IMG/VR virus record: IMGVR_UViG_3300026097_000805
Coordinates: 1-64,000 of that record
Length of the DNA stretch: 64,000 nucleotides
Reading direction: 5' to 3' (one strand)
Source of the DNA: a virus
The notes under the pieces were generated by a model. The model had not been told where the DNA came from. It searched no databases and saw only the letters and a program-made list of their open reading frames with translations. Made by a program: the position numbers and the translations under genes. Each line of letters begins with the position of its first letter. Within the stretch, counting starts at the first letter, position 1. Positions 20,140 to 31,124 of this stretch are shown piece after piece.

Positions 20140-21137
20140 GTTTTTACAAATTACCGTTAAGCTATATTCATATTGAACTTACTACTAGATGTAATGCGGC
20201 ATGTCCAATGTGTCTTAGAAATATAAACGGAGACATGAAAAATCCATATTTGAAGTTAGATGACTTTGATATCAAATGGTTAGATAAAATAGATATTCCA
20301 GTTGGAAAAAAAGTACAGTTATGCGGTAATTATGGAGATCCAATAGTCTATCCCCATTTATTTGATTTTATTAAAGCATGGAAAGAAAAGTTTAACACTC
20401 CTATTACAATAATGACTAACGGGGGAGCAAGAAATACTGATTGGTGGAAAGAATTGGCTGAGATATTAGATAACAGGTGTAAGGTTGTATTTGGTATCGA
20501 CGGATTAGAAGATACCAACCATCTTTATCGTAGAAATGTAAAATGGAACAAACTAATGGAAAATGCTAAGGCTTTTATAGACGCTGGCGGCAGAGCATGG
20601 TGGAAGTTTATAGTTTTTAAACATAATCAACATCAAATAGAAGATGCTAAAATATTAGCCAAAAAAATGAAGTTCGAAAGTTTTGAAAAATTAAAAACTA
20701 ATAGATTTGATAGAGGAGTTTTGCCTGTACTGGATAAAAACGGAAACAATCTGTATAATATATATGAGCCAAATATTTCAAAAAAAGGATTTTTGGATAA
20801 AAACCCTTACAGAGCAGTAGCTAATAAAGACCCTGCTAGAGTAAAAATAGATTGCTATGCTAAAAAAGAATCTAGCATGTACATCGCAGCAGACGGCCGA
20901 GTGTATCCTTGCTGTAATACAGGATATCATTATAGTGGACCTAATCGAATAGAAATGGAAATAGCACAAGAAACACAAACTCCCTACAGTCTAACTAATA
21001 GCAAAGTATCAGAAATCATAAATGGCGATTTTTTTAGAGGATTTGAAAAAACTTGGACTTCTACTCCATATAAAAAATGTCACAGGGTATGTGGTTATAA
21101 AAGAGGAATTCTCCATAAAATAGAGGATCTTAAATAA
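20136..21137 (+). CDS. radical SAM protein (class B)
   Basis: HIELTTRCNAACPMC; CGNYGDP; FGIDGLEDTNHLYRR; YPCC...CHRVCG. Confidence 0.9.
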   Translation: MSFYKLPLSYIHIELTTRCNAACPMCLRNINGDMKNPYLKLDDFDIKWLDKIDIPVGKKVQLCGNYGDPIVYPHLFDFIKAWKEKFNTPITIMTNGGARNTDWWKELAEILDNRCKVVFGIDGLEDTNHLYRRNVKWNKLMENAKAFIDAGGRAWWKFIVFKHNQHQIEDAKILAKKMKFESFEKLKTNRFDRGVLPVLDKNGNNLYNIYEPNISKKGFLDKNPYRAVANKDPARVKIDCYAKKESSMYIAADGRVYPCCNTGYHYSGPNRIEMEIAQETQTPYSLTNSKVSEIINGDFFRGFEKTWTSTPYKKCHRVCGYKRGILHKIEDLK

Positions 21138-21706
21138 TGGAGACTTATTATAAATTAAATAATTTTCCAGAAAAAATTATTCAAGATATCAAGCAAAGCT
21201 GGATAGATAACGACTGGAAGATTATCATAGATACTTATAAAAGTCAATTTTTCCACTATCGTTTAGATAGATCAAAAAAGGTTTATGAACATTTTCCGGA
21301 ATGTGATAAAATAGAATTCTACGAACAAATACCCGGAGTAAAGAATAGACCTCATTCAGACCGAGGTAGATTTGCTGCTATAAATATACCTGTTGAAGTA
21401 GATTATGCGAATAGTTTTTTTTATATAGGAAAATATTTTGATTTGGCAGAATATTCAAGAGATTTTGGACCCAAAGTAGTTACGCAAGGTAACAAATCAA
21501 ATAAACTAGGACAACCTGTATTTTATAAATATGACGAAAAATTAATGGAAAAATATAATCTTAGAACACCTGTAATTTTTGATACAAAAGTACCCCACGG
21601 AGGCGTAAATACTGATTGTCCAACACGAAGAATTATTGCTAGCATAAGCTATCAGCAATATACATACGAACAAGTCCTTGGTATGATATCACCAGAGTGG
21701 TTCTAA
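21137..21706 (+). CDS. 2OG-Fe(II) oxygenase-like protein, paralog of 19567..20139
   Basis: RPHSDRGRFAAINIPVEVDY; VPHGG; RRIIASI. Confidence 0.55.
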   Translation: METYYKLNNFPEKIIQDIKQSWIDNDWKIIIDTYKSQFFHYRLDRSKKVYEHFPECDKIEFYEQIPGVKNRPHSDRGRFAAINIPVEVDYANSFFYIGKYFDLAEYSRDFGPKVVTQGNKSNKLGQPVFYKYDEKLMEKYNLRTPVIFDTKVPHGGVNTDCPTRRIIASISYQQYTYEQVLGMISPEWF

Positions 21707-21721
21707 ATAAACTACGCACTT

Positions 21722-21729
21722 TATAAATA
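21722..21729 (+). promoter_or_regulatory. T4-type late promoter box TATAAATA
   Basis: exact match, 4 nt before ATG 21734. Confidence 0.6.
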
Positions 21730-21733
21730 CTAT

Positions 21734-23131
21734 ATGAAAGAAATATCACCCACATTCTGCGCATTGCCGTGGCTACATCTTTCCAGTCGACCTGATGGAA
21801 AAATGAGAACCTGTTGTACATCAAACGCAAGCTCGGTCCAAGATCCAGACTCTAACAAAAAAGTAGGCGGAGGAGAAGTTGGCGTAGTAAAAAACGATGA
21901 CGGTATTCCGGCGAACTTTAATCACACCAGTCTCGAAGATGCTTGGAACAGTGCCTATATGCGTAATGTTCGCAAGATGATGTTGCGTGGTGAAAAACCA
22001 GCTAGTTGTTTAAAATGCTACAAAGAAGAAGAAGCAGGACATCGCAGTAAGAGAAATTGGGAAACGGAGTACTGGGGTAAAAGATATGATCTACAACAGT
22101 TAGTGGACGAAACACAAGAAGACGGAAGCACTCCTCCTAAGATACGCTATATTGATCTTAGAATGGGAACAAAGTGCCAACTAGCATGTGTTATGTGCTC
22201 ACCTCACGATAGTTCGGGGTGGGTTAAAGAATGGAATGAAATTTATCCTAATCTACAAAACGAAAAATTAAAACAAACAAGCGGATGGGATAATAAAGGT
22301 CGCAATCACGGCGCAAGTTATAATTGGCACAAAAACAATCCTCGATTCTGGAATGAGCTAATGGATCAAGTGCCTCATATGTATCAATTATATTTTGCTG
22401 GTGGAGAAAGTCTAATAATAGACGAACACTACGACTTGTTAGAGGAATGTATAAAACGAGGACATGCTAAAAATATAGAACTAAGATATAATTCAAATGC
22501 TGTAGAATGGCGTGATGACTTATTTGATTTATGGGCAGAGTTTAAGCGTGTAAGATTTCACTACAGTATAGATGCCCATGGAAGACAAAATGATTACATT
22601 AGATATCCTAGTCGTTGGGAACATCAAGAAGAAGTTTTTCATATTTTAGATAACACAACTGACAATGTAGAGATAACAACAGCAACAACACTTATGGCAT
22701 TGAATATTGCTTATATACCTGAGTTTATTCGTTGGAAAGTTGGACAAAACTTCCGTAAAATAAACAAATGGCCTCTAGGAGCAGGCGGTGTAAACATGCA
22801 TTTTGCCTATTGGCCACCACAACTAAATGTAAAAGTCCTGCCACAGGATATCAAACAACAGATTACAGAAAAGTATGAAAATGATTTTTATCCGTGGGTA
22901 GAAGATAATTGGGAAAAGTTTACAGGAGTGAAGGAAGCTGGTATTGATAAAGAAACTTTCTTAAAAGCAGATTATGGAATTCCTAGATACAAAGGTATCA
23001 TAAATTTTATGAATGCCGAAGACTGGAGCGCCAGAATGCCTGAATTTAAAGAATGGGTAAACAAGCTCAATCACACTAGAGGTTTTGACGATTTCGAAAA
23101 AATATTTCCTATATTCAAAGGATATCTATGA
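21734..23131 (+). CDS. radical SAM protein (class A)
   Basis: CQLACVMC; AGGES; FCALPW...RTCC...CLKCY. Confidence 0.9.
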   Translation: MKEISPTFCALPWLHLSSRPDGKMRTCCTSNASSVQDPDSNKKVGGGEVGVVKNDDGIPANFNHTSLEDAWNSAYMRNVRKMMLRGEKPASCLKCYKEEEAGHRSKRNWETEYWGKRYDLQQLVDETQEDGSTPPKIRYIDLRMGTKCQLACVMCSPHDSSGWVKEWNEIYPNLQNEKLKQTSGWDNKGRNHGASYNWHKNNPRFWNELMDQVPHMYQLYFAGGESLIIDEHYDLLEECIKRGHAKNIELRYNSNAVEWRDDLFDLWAEFKRVRFHYSIDAHGRQNDYIRYPSRWEHQEEVFHILDNTTDNVEITTATTLMALNIAYIPEFIRWKVGQNFRKINKWPLGAGGVNMHFAYWPPQLNVKVLPQDIKQQITEKYENDFYPWVEDNWEKFTGVKEAGIDKETFLKADYGIPRYKGIINFMNAEDWSARMPEFKEWVNKLNHTRGFDDFEKIFPIFKGYL

Positions 23132-24456
23132 TAGACAAAGATAAATTCTGTGTAGTTCCTTTTGTACAACTTAATACTCGCGGCAAAGGTGATGCCAGAG
23201 TTTGCTGTAGTATAGGAGGCATTGACCATGGCATACCAAAAGATCTAGTGCTTGACGAAATCAACCCAGACACATATAATTCAAACACAGAAGTTTTTAA
23301 CTTAGGATCTGACAATATTACAGATTTGTGGAATTCCAAGTTTATGAAAGATTTTCGTATGAAAATGCTCAATGGAGAAAACATACCCAATTGCGAATTC
23401 TGCCATAGAATGGAAGCAGGCGGACTCACGTCAAAAAGAATAGGAAAAAATAGTAGATTCCTTGAAAGAACTCTACCACTGCTTGAAAAATATAAAGAAA
23501 AGAATGGTTATGTTGATGTTATGCCACAATGGTGGGAAATTAGACTTTCAACTAAGTGTAATCTAAGTTGTATTATGTGTACTCCTGGATTAAGCAGTAT
23601 GATGTATAAAGAATACAATAAATGGGAAAAGCAAGGAACCATTGCTGATATAATGAAAGGAAGTCTAGATATAGCAAAAGAAAGCGGAGAAGAGTATCTG
23701 TCAAAAAGTGAATTTTTCCGCAACCAAATTTTAGATAATTTAGACCATTGTCTCTTTATGGAATTTCGAGGCGGCGAAGTTTTTTCCGATGTAGACAGTA
23801 TAAGATTTATTGAAGAAATTAGTAAAACACCCCAAGCAAAAAATATACAACTAGATATCAGCACAAATGCTACTTTGTTAGATAATAAAATAGTAGAAAT
23901 ATTAAATAGATTCGCCGGAGGTACTCTCCGCTATAGTATTGACTCATTCCACAAAGAAGATGAGCTTATAAGATATCATACAAAGTGGACTGATGTTATT
24001 GCTAGCATGGATACTTGTTTAAATCTTCATAACGATTGGAGATTTTTAACTCAAACTACACTACAAATGTTAAATTGTCTTTCTATGGACAAGCTAATTG
24101 TGTTTTTAAACGAATACATTGAGAAAAATAATCTAGATAGATTTTGGCTAGGATTTACTACGGTAAGGGGTAAAGATTATCTTAGACATGAAATGGTCAC
24201 TAATGAATTAAGAAATCAACAGATAAAAAAATTAGAATTATTAAAAACAAAATTATATATTTTTACAAAACATAAAAACAAAGAGATTTATCTAAAAAGT
24301 TTAGATATGCTTATAAACACACTTAAAACCCAAGAATATAATAATAATGACTTAAGATACAAAGCAAAATATTATTTTGAAAGTCTTAACGCAAATAGAG
24401 GTATTGACTATTTCGATTCTTTTAAACATCTAAAAGAGAGCGTAGAACCAAAATGA
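23128..24456 (+). CDS. radical SAM protein (class A)
   Basis: CNLSCIMC; RGGEV; FCVVPF...RVCC...CEFC. Confidence 0.9.
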   Translation: MIDKDKFCVVPFVQLNTRGKGDARVCCSIGGIDHGIPKDLVLDEINPDTYNSNTEVFNLGSDNITDLWNSKFMKDFRMKMLNGENIPNCEFCHRMEAGGLTSKRIGKNSRFLERTLPLLEKYKEKNGYVDVMPQWWEIRLSTKCNLSCIMCTPGLSSMMYKEYNKWEKQGTIADIMKGSLDIAKESGEEYLSKSEFFRNQILDNLDHCLFMEFRGGEVFSDVDSIRFIEEISKTPQAKNIQLDISTNATLLDNKIVEILNRFAGGTLRYSIDSFHKEDELIRYHTKWTDVIASMDTCLNLHNDWRFLTQTTLQMLNCLSMDKLIVFLNEYIEKNNLDRFWLGFTTVRGKDYLRHEMVTNELRNQQIKKLELLKTKLYIFTKHKNKEIYLKSLDMLINTLKTQEYNNNDLRYKAKYYFESLNANRGIDYFDSFKHLKESVEPK

Positions 24457-25028
24457 AAATTTATTTTATAGGCGGAACCGGCGAGTTTAGTTCAAAAATT
24501 GTTGAAGATTTAGATACTATTTACGGACATGAGGTAATTGGCGTAGGCAGAACTACTGGACACGCTGTACCTGAAGAAAATAAAAAAATATGTAAAGAAG
24601 CACTTGATAGTGATGTAATTGTTTTGTTTACATATGCTTCCGGATCTCAACTCGAACTGGTGCATGATATATTCAAAACCCTCAAAATAAACAAGTGGGG
24701 CGGACATTTTATTAATATAGGAAGCACGATTGTGCTACACCCTAAAGGAACCAAAGACAAGACGTTAGATCCTTGGCAAGTAAATATATACCGCACAAAG
24801 AAAAAAGCTATAAGGGATTATGGATACGAAATCAGTAGGGATTTTACTAAACATGATTTTAAATTTACACAACTACATGTAGGCATGTTAGCCAATAAAA
24901 AAATGAAACAGCTAGATGACTATAGAAACAACTGTCTACAGCATAACGATATAAGCAATATGATCAACTGGATTGCTTGTGCTCCAAAAAACTGGAATCT
25001 TCACGAGATTATGATCGATGGGTATTGA
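24453..25028 (+). CDS. short-chain dehydrogenase/reductase-like protein
   Basis: IGGTGEF Rossmann-like start; INIGS; YxxxK (YRTKK). Confidence 0.6.
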   Translation: MKIYFIGGTGEFSSKIVEDLDTIYGHEVIGVGRTTGHAVPEENKKICKEALDSDVIVLFTYASGSQLELVHDIFKTLKINKWGGHFINIGSTIVLHPKGTKDKTLDPWQVNIYRTKKKAIRDYGYEISRDFTKHDFKFTQLHVGMLANKKMKQLDDYRNNCLQHNDISNMINWIACAPKNWNLHEIMIDGY

Positions 25029-26265
25029 AAAACAAGACAACGGTGTATTCTGTGTAATGCCCTGGACACACATAGGCATTAAGCCAGACGGCATAATACG
25101 TCCCTGTAGTTGGGCATCTCATGATTTTAGAGTTGATAACGGTTGGTACAATGCTAATGATCACGATATATCCAAGCACCAACAAGTTGAAAGTGTGAAA
25201 CAACTTAAACAAAATATGTTAAATGGTGTTAAATCTCCCATGTGTGTGAGATGCTACGAGCAAGAAAAAGCATGTGGTAGCAGTAAAAGGACTATGGAAA
25301 CATATACAATACAAAAAAGTAGTGCCGAACAAATTCTAGCAGGACTCGATGTACCTATAAAAGAATTAGAATTTAGATTGGGTAATATGTGTAATATAGG
25401 ATGTATAAGTTGCGATGCTTCCAGCAGTAATTTTTTTATTAGAGAAATCAACAAAACTAACACAGATGCTAATCAGTTCGAAAAAAAATTTAGTTCAAAA
25501 TATTTTAATTTTAAAGATAAAAACTTAAATTGGTATCAAAATAAAGATTTTTGGGACAGCATAGAGACGCACATTAGCAATCTAGAGTATCTTTATTTGG
25601 CAGGCGGAGAACCTACTATTATACCAGAAAACTGGAATTTTTTAGAAAGGATTATTGACCTAGGCTACGCAGATAAAATACATCTAGGCGTGAGCACCAA
25701 TCTAACAAATGTTCAACCTAGACATATAGAAATTTATAATAGTTTTAAAAAAACAAGCATCTATTGTAGTATTGACGGATATAAAGAAGTGAACGATTAC
25801 ATAAGATATCCTTCCAAATGGGCTGCTATATCGAAAAATTTTGAAACTCTTGCTAGGGAAACAAAAGATAATGTTGAAATGAAAACAATACCAGTTATAA
25901 GTATCTTCTCTATATGGAATCTTGATAAACTAGCTGAATATATATATTATGTAAGAACGACATATAACAAACCTATTGTTTTTTCAGCCCATACACTTTT
26001 GTATACTCCTAACTGGATGAGTATAGCTAATCTTCCTGAGGAAGCAAAACAACAGGCTCTTGAAGTTATAAAAAATATAGAAAGTAAAAACTATCCATTT
26101 GCGAATCATCATATGGAAAAAATTAAACAGTATCTATTAAATAGTACACCTAACGAAAATATATTTAAAGAAGGTCCAGAAAAAATATTACCCTTTGATA
26201 TAATGAGAAACAACAGTTGGCAAAAAGTTGTGCCTGAATTAAAAAAATATTGGAACTATAAATGA
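25018..26265 (+). CDS. radical SAM protein (class A)
   Basis: CNIGCISC; AGGEP; FCVMPW...RPCS...CVRC. Confidence 0.9.
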   Translation: MGIEKQDNGVFCVMPWTHIGIKPDGIIRPCSWASHDFRVDNGWYNANDHDISKHQQVESVKQLKQNMLNGVKSPMCVRCYEQEKACGSSKRTMETYTIQKSSAEQILAGLDVPIKELEFRLGNMCNIGCISCDASSSNFFIREINKTNTDANQFEKKFSSKYFNFKDKNLNWYQNKDFWDSIETHISNLEYLYLAGGEPTIIPENWNFLERIIDLGYADKIHLGVSTNLTNVQPRHIEIYNSFKKTSIYCSIDGYKEVNDYIRYPSKWAAISKNFETLARETKDNVEMKTIPVISIFSIWNLDKLAEYIYYVRTTYNKPIVFSAHTLLYTPNWMSIANLPEEAKQQALEVIKNIESKNYPFANHHMEKIKQYLLNSTPNENIFKEGPEKILPFDIMRNNSWQKVVPELKKYWNYK

Positions 26266-27638
26266 ACGAATGTAATAAAAATATTTTATGTCCAATACCA
26301 TGGATGAGTCAAAGCCTTAGAGCTAACGGCGATATTCGTGTGTGCTGTCAAGCACAGCACGGCCCTACCGGTGGAATACTCAAAGACGAAGCAGGCAATG
26401 CATATAATGCTAAAACAGCGGATTTAAAAAAAGTTCGCAACAGCAATCTCAGCAAAGAAATACGTCAATTTATGATGCAGGGAAAATGGCATCCTGAATG
26501 TATACGCTGTCAAACTGAAAGCGAAGCAGGAATGAATGCCCGTATCGATTATGAGAATGACATATGGGTTAGTCGAGGCGAGTTTGACTGGGACGATTTA
26601 CTTGCAAAAACAGACGAAGATGGCACTATTAGAGAAGACGAAATCAACTGTAGTTTTTACGATGTTAGATTTGGAAATCTCTGCAATCTAAAATGTCGTA
26701 TGTGCGGTCCAACTGACAGCAGTCAATGGTATGAGGATCAAGTAAAACTATGGGGAGACTCGTATAGAGACAGTCACGGAAAAGTAAAACTTGTTAAAAA
26801 TGCCAAAGGCAAATACGAGCCAGAGACCGATTTATATAATTGGCATGAAAGCGACAACTACTGGGTGCAAATGGATAACAGTATTGAAGAAATACGCAAA
26901 CTCTATATAGTTGGCGGCGAACCATTACTAATTGACAGACACTATGAGTTTTTACAAAAGTGTGTTGATCAAGGACATGCACAAAATATTATTGTAGAGT
27001 ATAACACCAACTTGACTAATATACCTCAACGAGCTTGGGATATATGGAAACATTTTAAACAGGTTAATATTGGAGCTAGCATCGACGGTGTAGGTGACAT
27101 TAATTATTACATGAGGTATCCAAGTAATTTCGATAAGATATATGAAAACCTTGTAAAACTAAGCCAAGCAGAAGGCAATTTCAAAGTATGGATTGCTGCA
27201 ACTATAAATGTTTTTAATGCATTACATTTTCCAGAGTTCATGGAATGGATAATCAAAAACAAACTACCTCGAATTAACGATGATAATTTCAAACCAATCA
27301 TAACACCTCATCCTCTGCATGGCCCGAGATTCTATAACACAAGAATGTTCCCCCAAAAGGTGAAGGATATAGTTCATCAAAAATATCAAGATTACAAGCC
27401 TATACTTATAGATTTAATAGACAAGCAAAACTGGGAAGCAGACAGAAAGGTTGCGAGCAAAAAAGAAGTTGTAAGACTTTTGGATCAATACAGCAAATAC
27501 ATGTATGCCAAAGATTTTTCAGATGCTGTACCACAGTTTTGGAAAGCCACAAGAAGGTTAGACGAAATACGACAACACAGCATTGAAGATTACATCCCAG
27601 AATTATATGAGATCCTAAAAGAATATGAAGTATCTTAA
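26262..27638 (+). CDS. radical SAM protein (class A)
   Basis: CNLKCRMC; VGGEP; LCPIPW...RVCC...CIRC. Confidence 0.9.
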   Translation: MNECNKNILCPIPWMSQSLRANGDIRVCCQAQHGPTGGILKDEAGNAYNAKTADLKKVRNSNLSKEIRQFMMQGKWHPECIRCQTESEAGMNARIDYENDIWVSRGEFDWDDLLAKTDEDGTIREDEINCSFYDVRFGNLCNLKCRMCGPTDSSQWYEDQVKLWGDSYRDSHGKVKLVKNAKGKYEPETDLYNWHESDNYWVQMDNSIEEIRKLYIVGGEPLLIDRHYEFLQKCVDQGHAQNIIVEYNTNLTNIPQRAWDIWKHFKQVNIGASIDGVGDINYYMRYPSNFDKIYENLVKLSQAEGNFKVWIAATINVFNALHFPEFMEWIIKNKLPRINDDNFKPIITPHPLHGPRFYNTRMFPQKVKDIVHQKYQDYKPILIDLIDKQNWEADRKVASKKEVVRLLDQYSKYMYAKDFSDAVPQFWKATRRLDEIRQHSIEDYIPELYEILKEYEVS

Positions 27639-28728
27639 TCCGCAAGATGTTAAATATCTACAGATAGATCATAACTCTACCTGCAATCTAAGATGTCCGC
27701 AGTGTGCTAGAACACACGAGGGCGGAACAGTGCCAGGCCTACCTCTTACTGAATTAACTGTGGATGATTATAAATGGTTCTTAAATGACCTTAAAAACCT
27801 TAAGGATGTAATGTGGTGCGGGAATTATGGCGAAATAGCCGTTTCTGAGACTTGGTTAGATTGCCTACAATATGTTGTGGAAAATACCAGTGCAAAGTGC
27901 ATCATAACCACAAATGCTAGTGTCAGAGACGAAAAGTGGTGGAAAGAGGTCGCTAAAATACTCAAGGGACGAGGAAAAGTTAATTTTAGTATAGATGGAT
28001 TAGAAGATACAAATCATGTATATCGTGTTAACGCAAAATGGCAAAGAATTATGCGTAATGCACAAGCATTTATAGATGCAGGAGGCAGAGCACGATGGGA
28101 CTATCTGGTGTTTGGACATAATGAACATCAAGTAGATCAAGCTGTTGATATTGCAAGACAGATGGGGTTTGAGCAATTTCAATTAAAACTTACCAATCGT
28201 TTTGTGAATGACGAACAATACAAAAAAGGCAATGCTGTTAAAGATCAAACAGTGTCTACAAAGAAATCAGAATACATACTGAACATGCCTCGCAATCCAA
28301 ACTTCCAAGGTTCGGGCAAAAGTCAGAACGAACAAATACTTGAAAATTACGGATCTTGGGAAAACTATGTGAATAAGACTCCGATACAATGTAAATGGCA
28401 ACCTAACGGACAACTGTTTATCGATTTCGAATCAAGAGTATGGAGTTGCACCTGGACAGCCAGCGGTGTTTATCATTATGGTGAAAACACACAAAAGAAA
28501 CAGATAAATCAAATTTTTGATGTATATGGAAAGAATTTCAACAGTTTACGACATCACAGTCTTGCTGAAATATTAGATAATGATTATTTTGGTAGAGATT
28601 TTTGTGCTAGTTGGAAAGGAACAATGGACGACACAGTGCCCAAATTATTCGCATGTGGGAGAACTTGCGGTACTGATTACGAATTTAGTTCGGTTTACGG
28701 AAGCAATAATAGGTTGATTGATTTATGA
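27625..28728 (+). CDS. radical SAM protein (class B)
   Basis: CNLRCPQC; CGNYGE; FSIDGLEDTNH; C-terminal CGRTCG. Confidence 0.9.
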   Translation: MKYLNPQDVKYLQIDHNSTCNLRCPQCARTHEGGTVPGLPLTELTVDDYKWFLNDLKNLKDVMWCGNYGEIAVSETWLDCLQYVVENTSAKCIITTNASVRDEKWWKEVAKILKGRGKVNFSIDGLEDTNHVYRVNAKWQRIMRNAQAFIDAGGRARWDYLVFGHNEHQVDQAVDIARQMGFEQFQLKLTNRFVNDEQYKKGNAVKDQTVSTKKSEYILNMPRNPNFQGSGKSQNEQILENYGSWENYVNKTPIQCKWQPNGQLFIDFESRVWSCTWTASGVYHYGENTQKKQINQIFDVYGKNFNSLRHHSLAEILDNDYFGRDFCASWKGTMDDTVPKLFACGRTCGTDYEFSSVYGSNNRLIDL

Positions 28729-29288
28729 AAATATTAATAGCAGGAAATCCAGATTACGGATTAGCAAAATCTATAAAAACTATCTATCCTGATGCGGAGT
28801 TTTGTAGTAGAAGTCACAGCGATAGGGACTTAACACAATATCAAACGCAGAGAGATTTTGCTGAAAAAAGTTTAGACTATGATGTGGTAATTAGCGTTAG
28901 TTGCCTTTGGAAACATCATCAAACTAACTTAGTACAAGAAGTTGCTAAAAAATGGTTTGAGCATAAAAAAGACGGATACCTTATAGTCGTAGGCAGCAGT
29001 GCCGACACGCCTGTGAAAGGCACAGCGTGGATGTATCCTGCTGAAAAGAAAGCACTTAGAGCATATTGTAGACAAATCAGTCAAGCCAGTGCCGGAGAAA
29101 ATGATAATCCAATTAAGATGACTTATCTCAGTCCCGGTAATCTACACACTCCCAAACAAGATGAAAAAATGCCCAACACACCTAAACTGGATACAGACTA
29201 TGTAGCAGGCGTTATACAGTGGTTGATTGAACAACCAAAAGATGTTAACATTAGTGAGCTATGTCTAGATCGGAAAATAACAATATGA
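28725..29288 (+). CDS. short-chain dehydrogenase/reductase-like protein
   Basis: IAGNPDYGLA; IVVGSS; YPAEK (YxxxK); LSPG. Confidence 0.6.
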   Translation: MKILIAGNPDYGLAKSIKTIYPDAEFCSRSHSDRDLTQYQTQRDFAEKSLDYDVVISVSCLWKHHQTNLVQEVAKKWFEHKKDGYLIVVGSSADTPVKGTAWMYPAEKKALRAYCRQISQASAGENDNPIKMTYLSPGNLHTPKQDEKMPNTPKLDTDYVAGVIQWLIEQPKDVNISELCLDRKITI

Positions 29289-30022
29289 TTTATAATGAAC
29301 AAGATTTTTTAAATAAATGGGGGAATAAAAAAATAAATTTTTTTGATTATAGAAAAGATTTAGAAGCAGTATATAAACATGAAAATCCTGTTGTTTTTTT
29401 AGAACATAAAACAAGTTTGCCCTGGTTTAGTTATCCCCTTCCGGATGTTGATATCAAGGAAATTCAAAATGAATGTTTTGAAATTTTCCGTAATTCAGAA
29501 TATGAGTCTACGCACATTTCAGGACACAACCCCGATGGATGGAGAATTTATCACTTATACAAGTCTGAAAGTGGAGGTAGAGATAAACAAAGACATAAAG
29601 GTATAGAATACGAAAATTATTCTTTTGTGTACGATAAAAAATATCCTGCGCTTAAGGATTGTATCGAAAAATATAACTGTATAAACACCGGTGCTTGGAT
29701 AAGTGCCAACCCCCCCGGAAGTAAAATTCCTATACATTTTGATAAAGGAAATCCAAATAAACAACTAACAAAAAAAAGATTATCTGTATTCTATCCTAAA
29801 GATTGTTTTTTGATAATGGAAGAAGGTGGTATAGTAGATTTTTATCATCAAGAGTTAGTCTGCTTTAATCATAAAAAACTTCATGGAGTTTGGAATAATT
29901 CACAAGAATGGAAGATAGATTTATCTATAGTGGGCTTCCCACAAAATAATGTCTTAAGAAGTAAAGTCAACAATACAATAAAAAATAAGATAGAGCAATT
30001 ATTGGATAATAATGTATCATAG
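29285..30022 (+). CDS. aspartyl/asparaginyl beta-hydroxylase-like 2OG-Fe(II) oxygenase
   Basis: PGSKIPIHFD; LHGVWNNS; ATG 29285 overlaps the previous stop. Confidence 0.6.
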   Translation: MIYNEQDFLNKWGNKKINFFDYRKDLEAVYKHENPVVFLEHKTSLPWFSYPLPDVDIKEIQNECFEIFRNSEYESTHISGHNPDGWRIYHLYKSESGGRDKQRHKGIEYENYSFVYDKKYPALKDCIEKYNCINTGAWISANPPGSKIPIHFDKGNPNKQLTKKRLSVFYPKDCFLIMEEGGIVDFYHQELVCFNHKKLHGVWNNSQEWKIDLSIVGFPQNNVLRSKVNNTIKNKIEQLLDNNVS

Positions 30023-31124
30023 TTTTGACAGTGTTAGAGACCTACATGTAGAAATTACAAATCGTTGTAATGCGGCCTGTCCTATGTGTGCTAGGAATGA
30101 CTTTGGCGGCAAAACCAAAGAGGATCTAGTATTAGATGAATGGACACGGGAAGACGTTGATCGTATTTTTGATAGACAGTTTCCAGATCTAGAAAATGTT
30201 ATGTTCTGCGGCACCCACGGTGATCCTGTTGTTGCTAAAGAAAGTTTATACGCTATAGAACGGATCAAAGAAACCACAGATGCCACGGTAGAGTTTTATT
30301 CAAATGCTAGCCTACGCACACCCAACTGGTGGGCAGAACTAGGCAAACTCATGCAGGATAAAAAACCTGACCATGAACACTATAGAAAAAACGACTTAGC
30401 TATTTTTAGCATAGACGGTCTAGCCGACACAAATCATCTGTATAGAAGAAACACAGATTTTGAAAAGATTATAGCAAACGCACAAGCATATCTTGCCGCA
30501 GGTGGTATTGCTCGTTGGGACTACATTGTATTCAAACACAACGAACATCAAGTCGAAGCCGCAGAAGCACTAGCCAAGAAGATGGGCTTCAAACAATTTC
30601 GTGTTCGTAAAACCAGTCGGTTTGATTATTCACCAGACGGTCCTGATAAATGGCGTGTTAAAAACAAGCAAGGCGATATCGAATATTATCTAGAACCACC
30701 CGGTGAAGAATATCGCAATCCGCAGAGTAAGAAAATCCAAGAACTTACACAACAATACGGCAGCATAGAAAAGTATTACAATGTTGCTCCTATCGATTGC
30801 CTATATAAAAATGAGTTTAAGAGATTGTATGTAAACGCATATGCTCAGGTGTTTCCTTGTTGCTATATTTCTAATGATATCTATCCCAATAAAAATAAAA
30901 TAATGGATGACACTCACGAAAAGCTGTTCAAAAAATACGGCACAGAGTTCAATAGCCTTAGAACAAATTCTTGGAACGATATTTTAAATCATCCTTGGTT
31001 TGCTAGCGAGCTAGAAGCCAGTTGGGATAAAGATCTAGAGGGTGGTAAATTAATGAGATGTGCTAGAACCTGTGGGAAAGGATACTCACCTATCAAAAGT
31101 CAAAGTACGGATACGACTCTTTAA
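30012..31124 (+). CDS. radical SAM protein (class B)
   Basis: HVEITNRCNAACPMC; CGTHGDP; FSIDGLADTNH; FPCC...CARTCG. Confidence 0.9.
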   Translation: MYHSFDSVRDLHVEITNRCNAACPMCARNDFGGKTKEDLVLDEWTREDVDRIFDRQFPDLENVMFCGTHGDPVVAKESLYAIERIKETTDATVEFYSNASLRTPNWWAELGKLMQDKKPDHEHYRKNDLAIFSIDGLADTNHLYRRNTDFEKIIANAQAYLAAGGIARWDYIVFKHNEHQVEAAEALAKKMGFKQFRVRKTSRFDYSPDGPDKWRVKNKQGDIEYYLEPPGEEYRNPQSKKIQELTQQYGSIEKYYNVAPIDCLYKNEFKRLYVNAYAQVFPCCYISNDIYPNKNKIMDDTHEKLFKKYGTEFNSLRTNSWNDILNHPWFASELEASWDKDLEGGKLMRCARTCGKGYSPIKSQSTDTTL

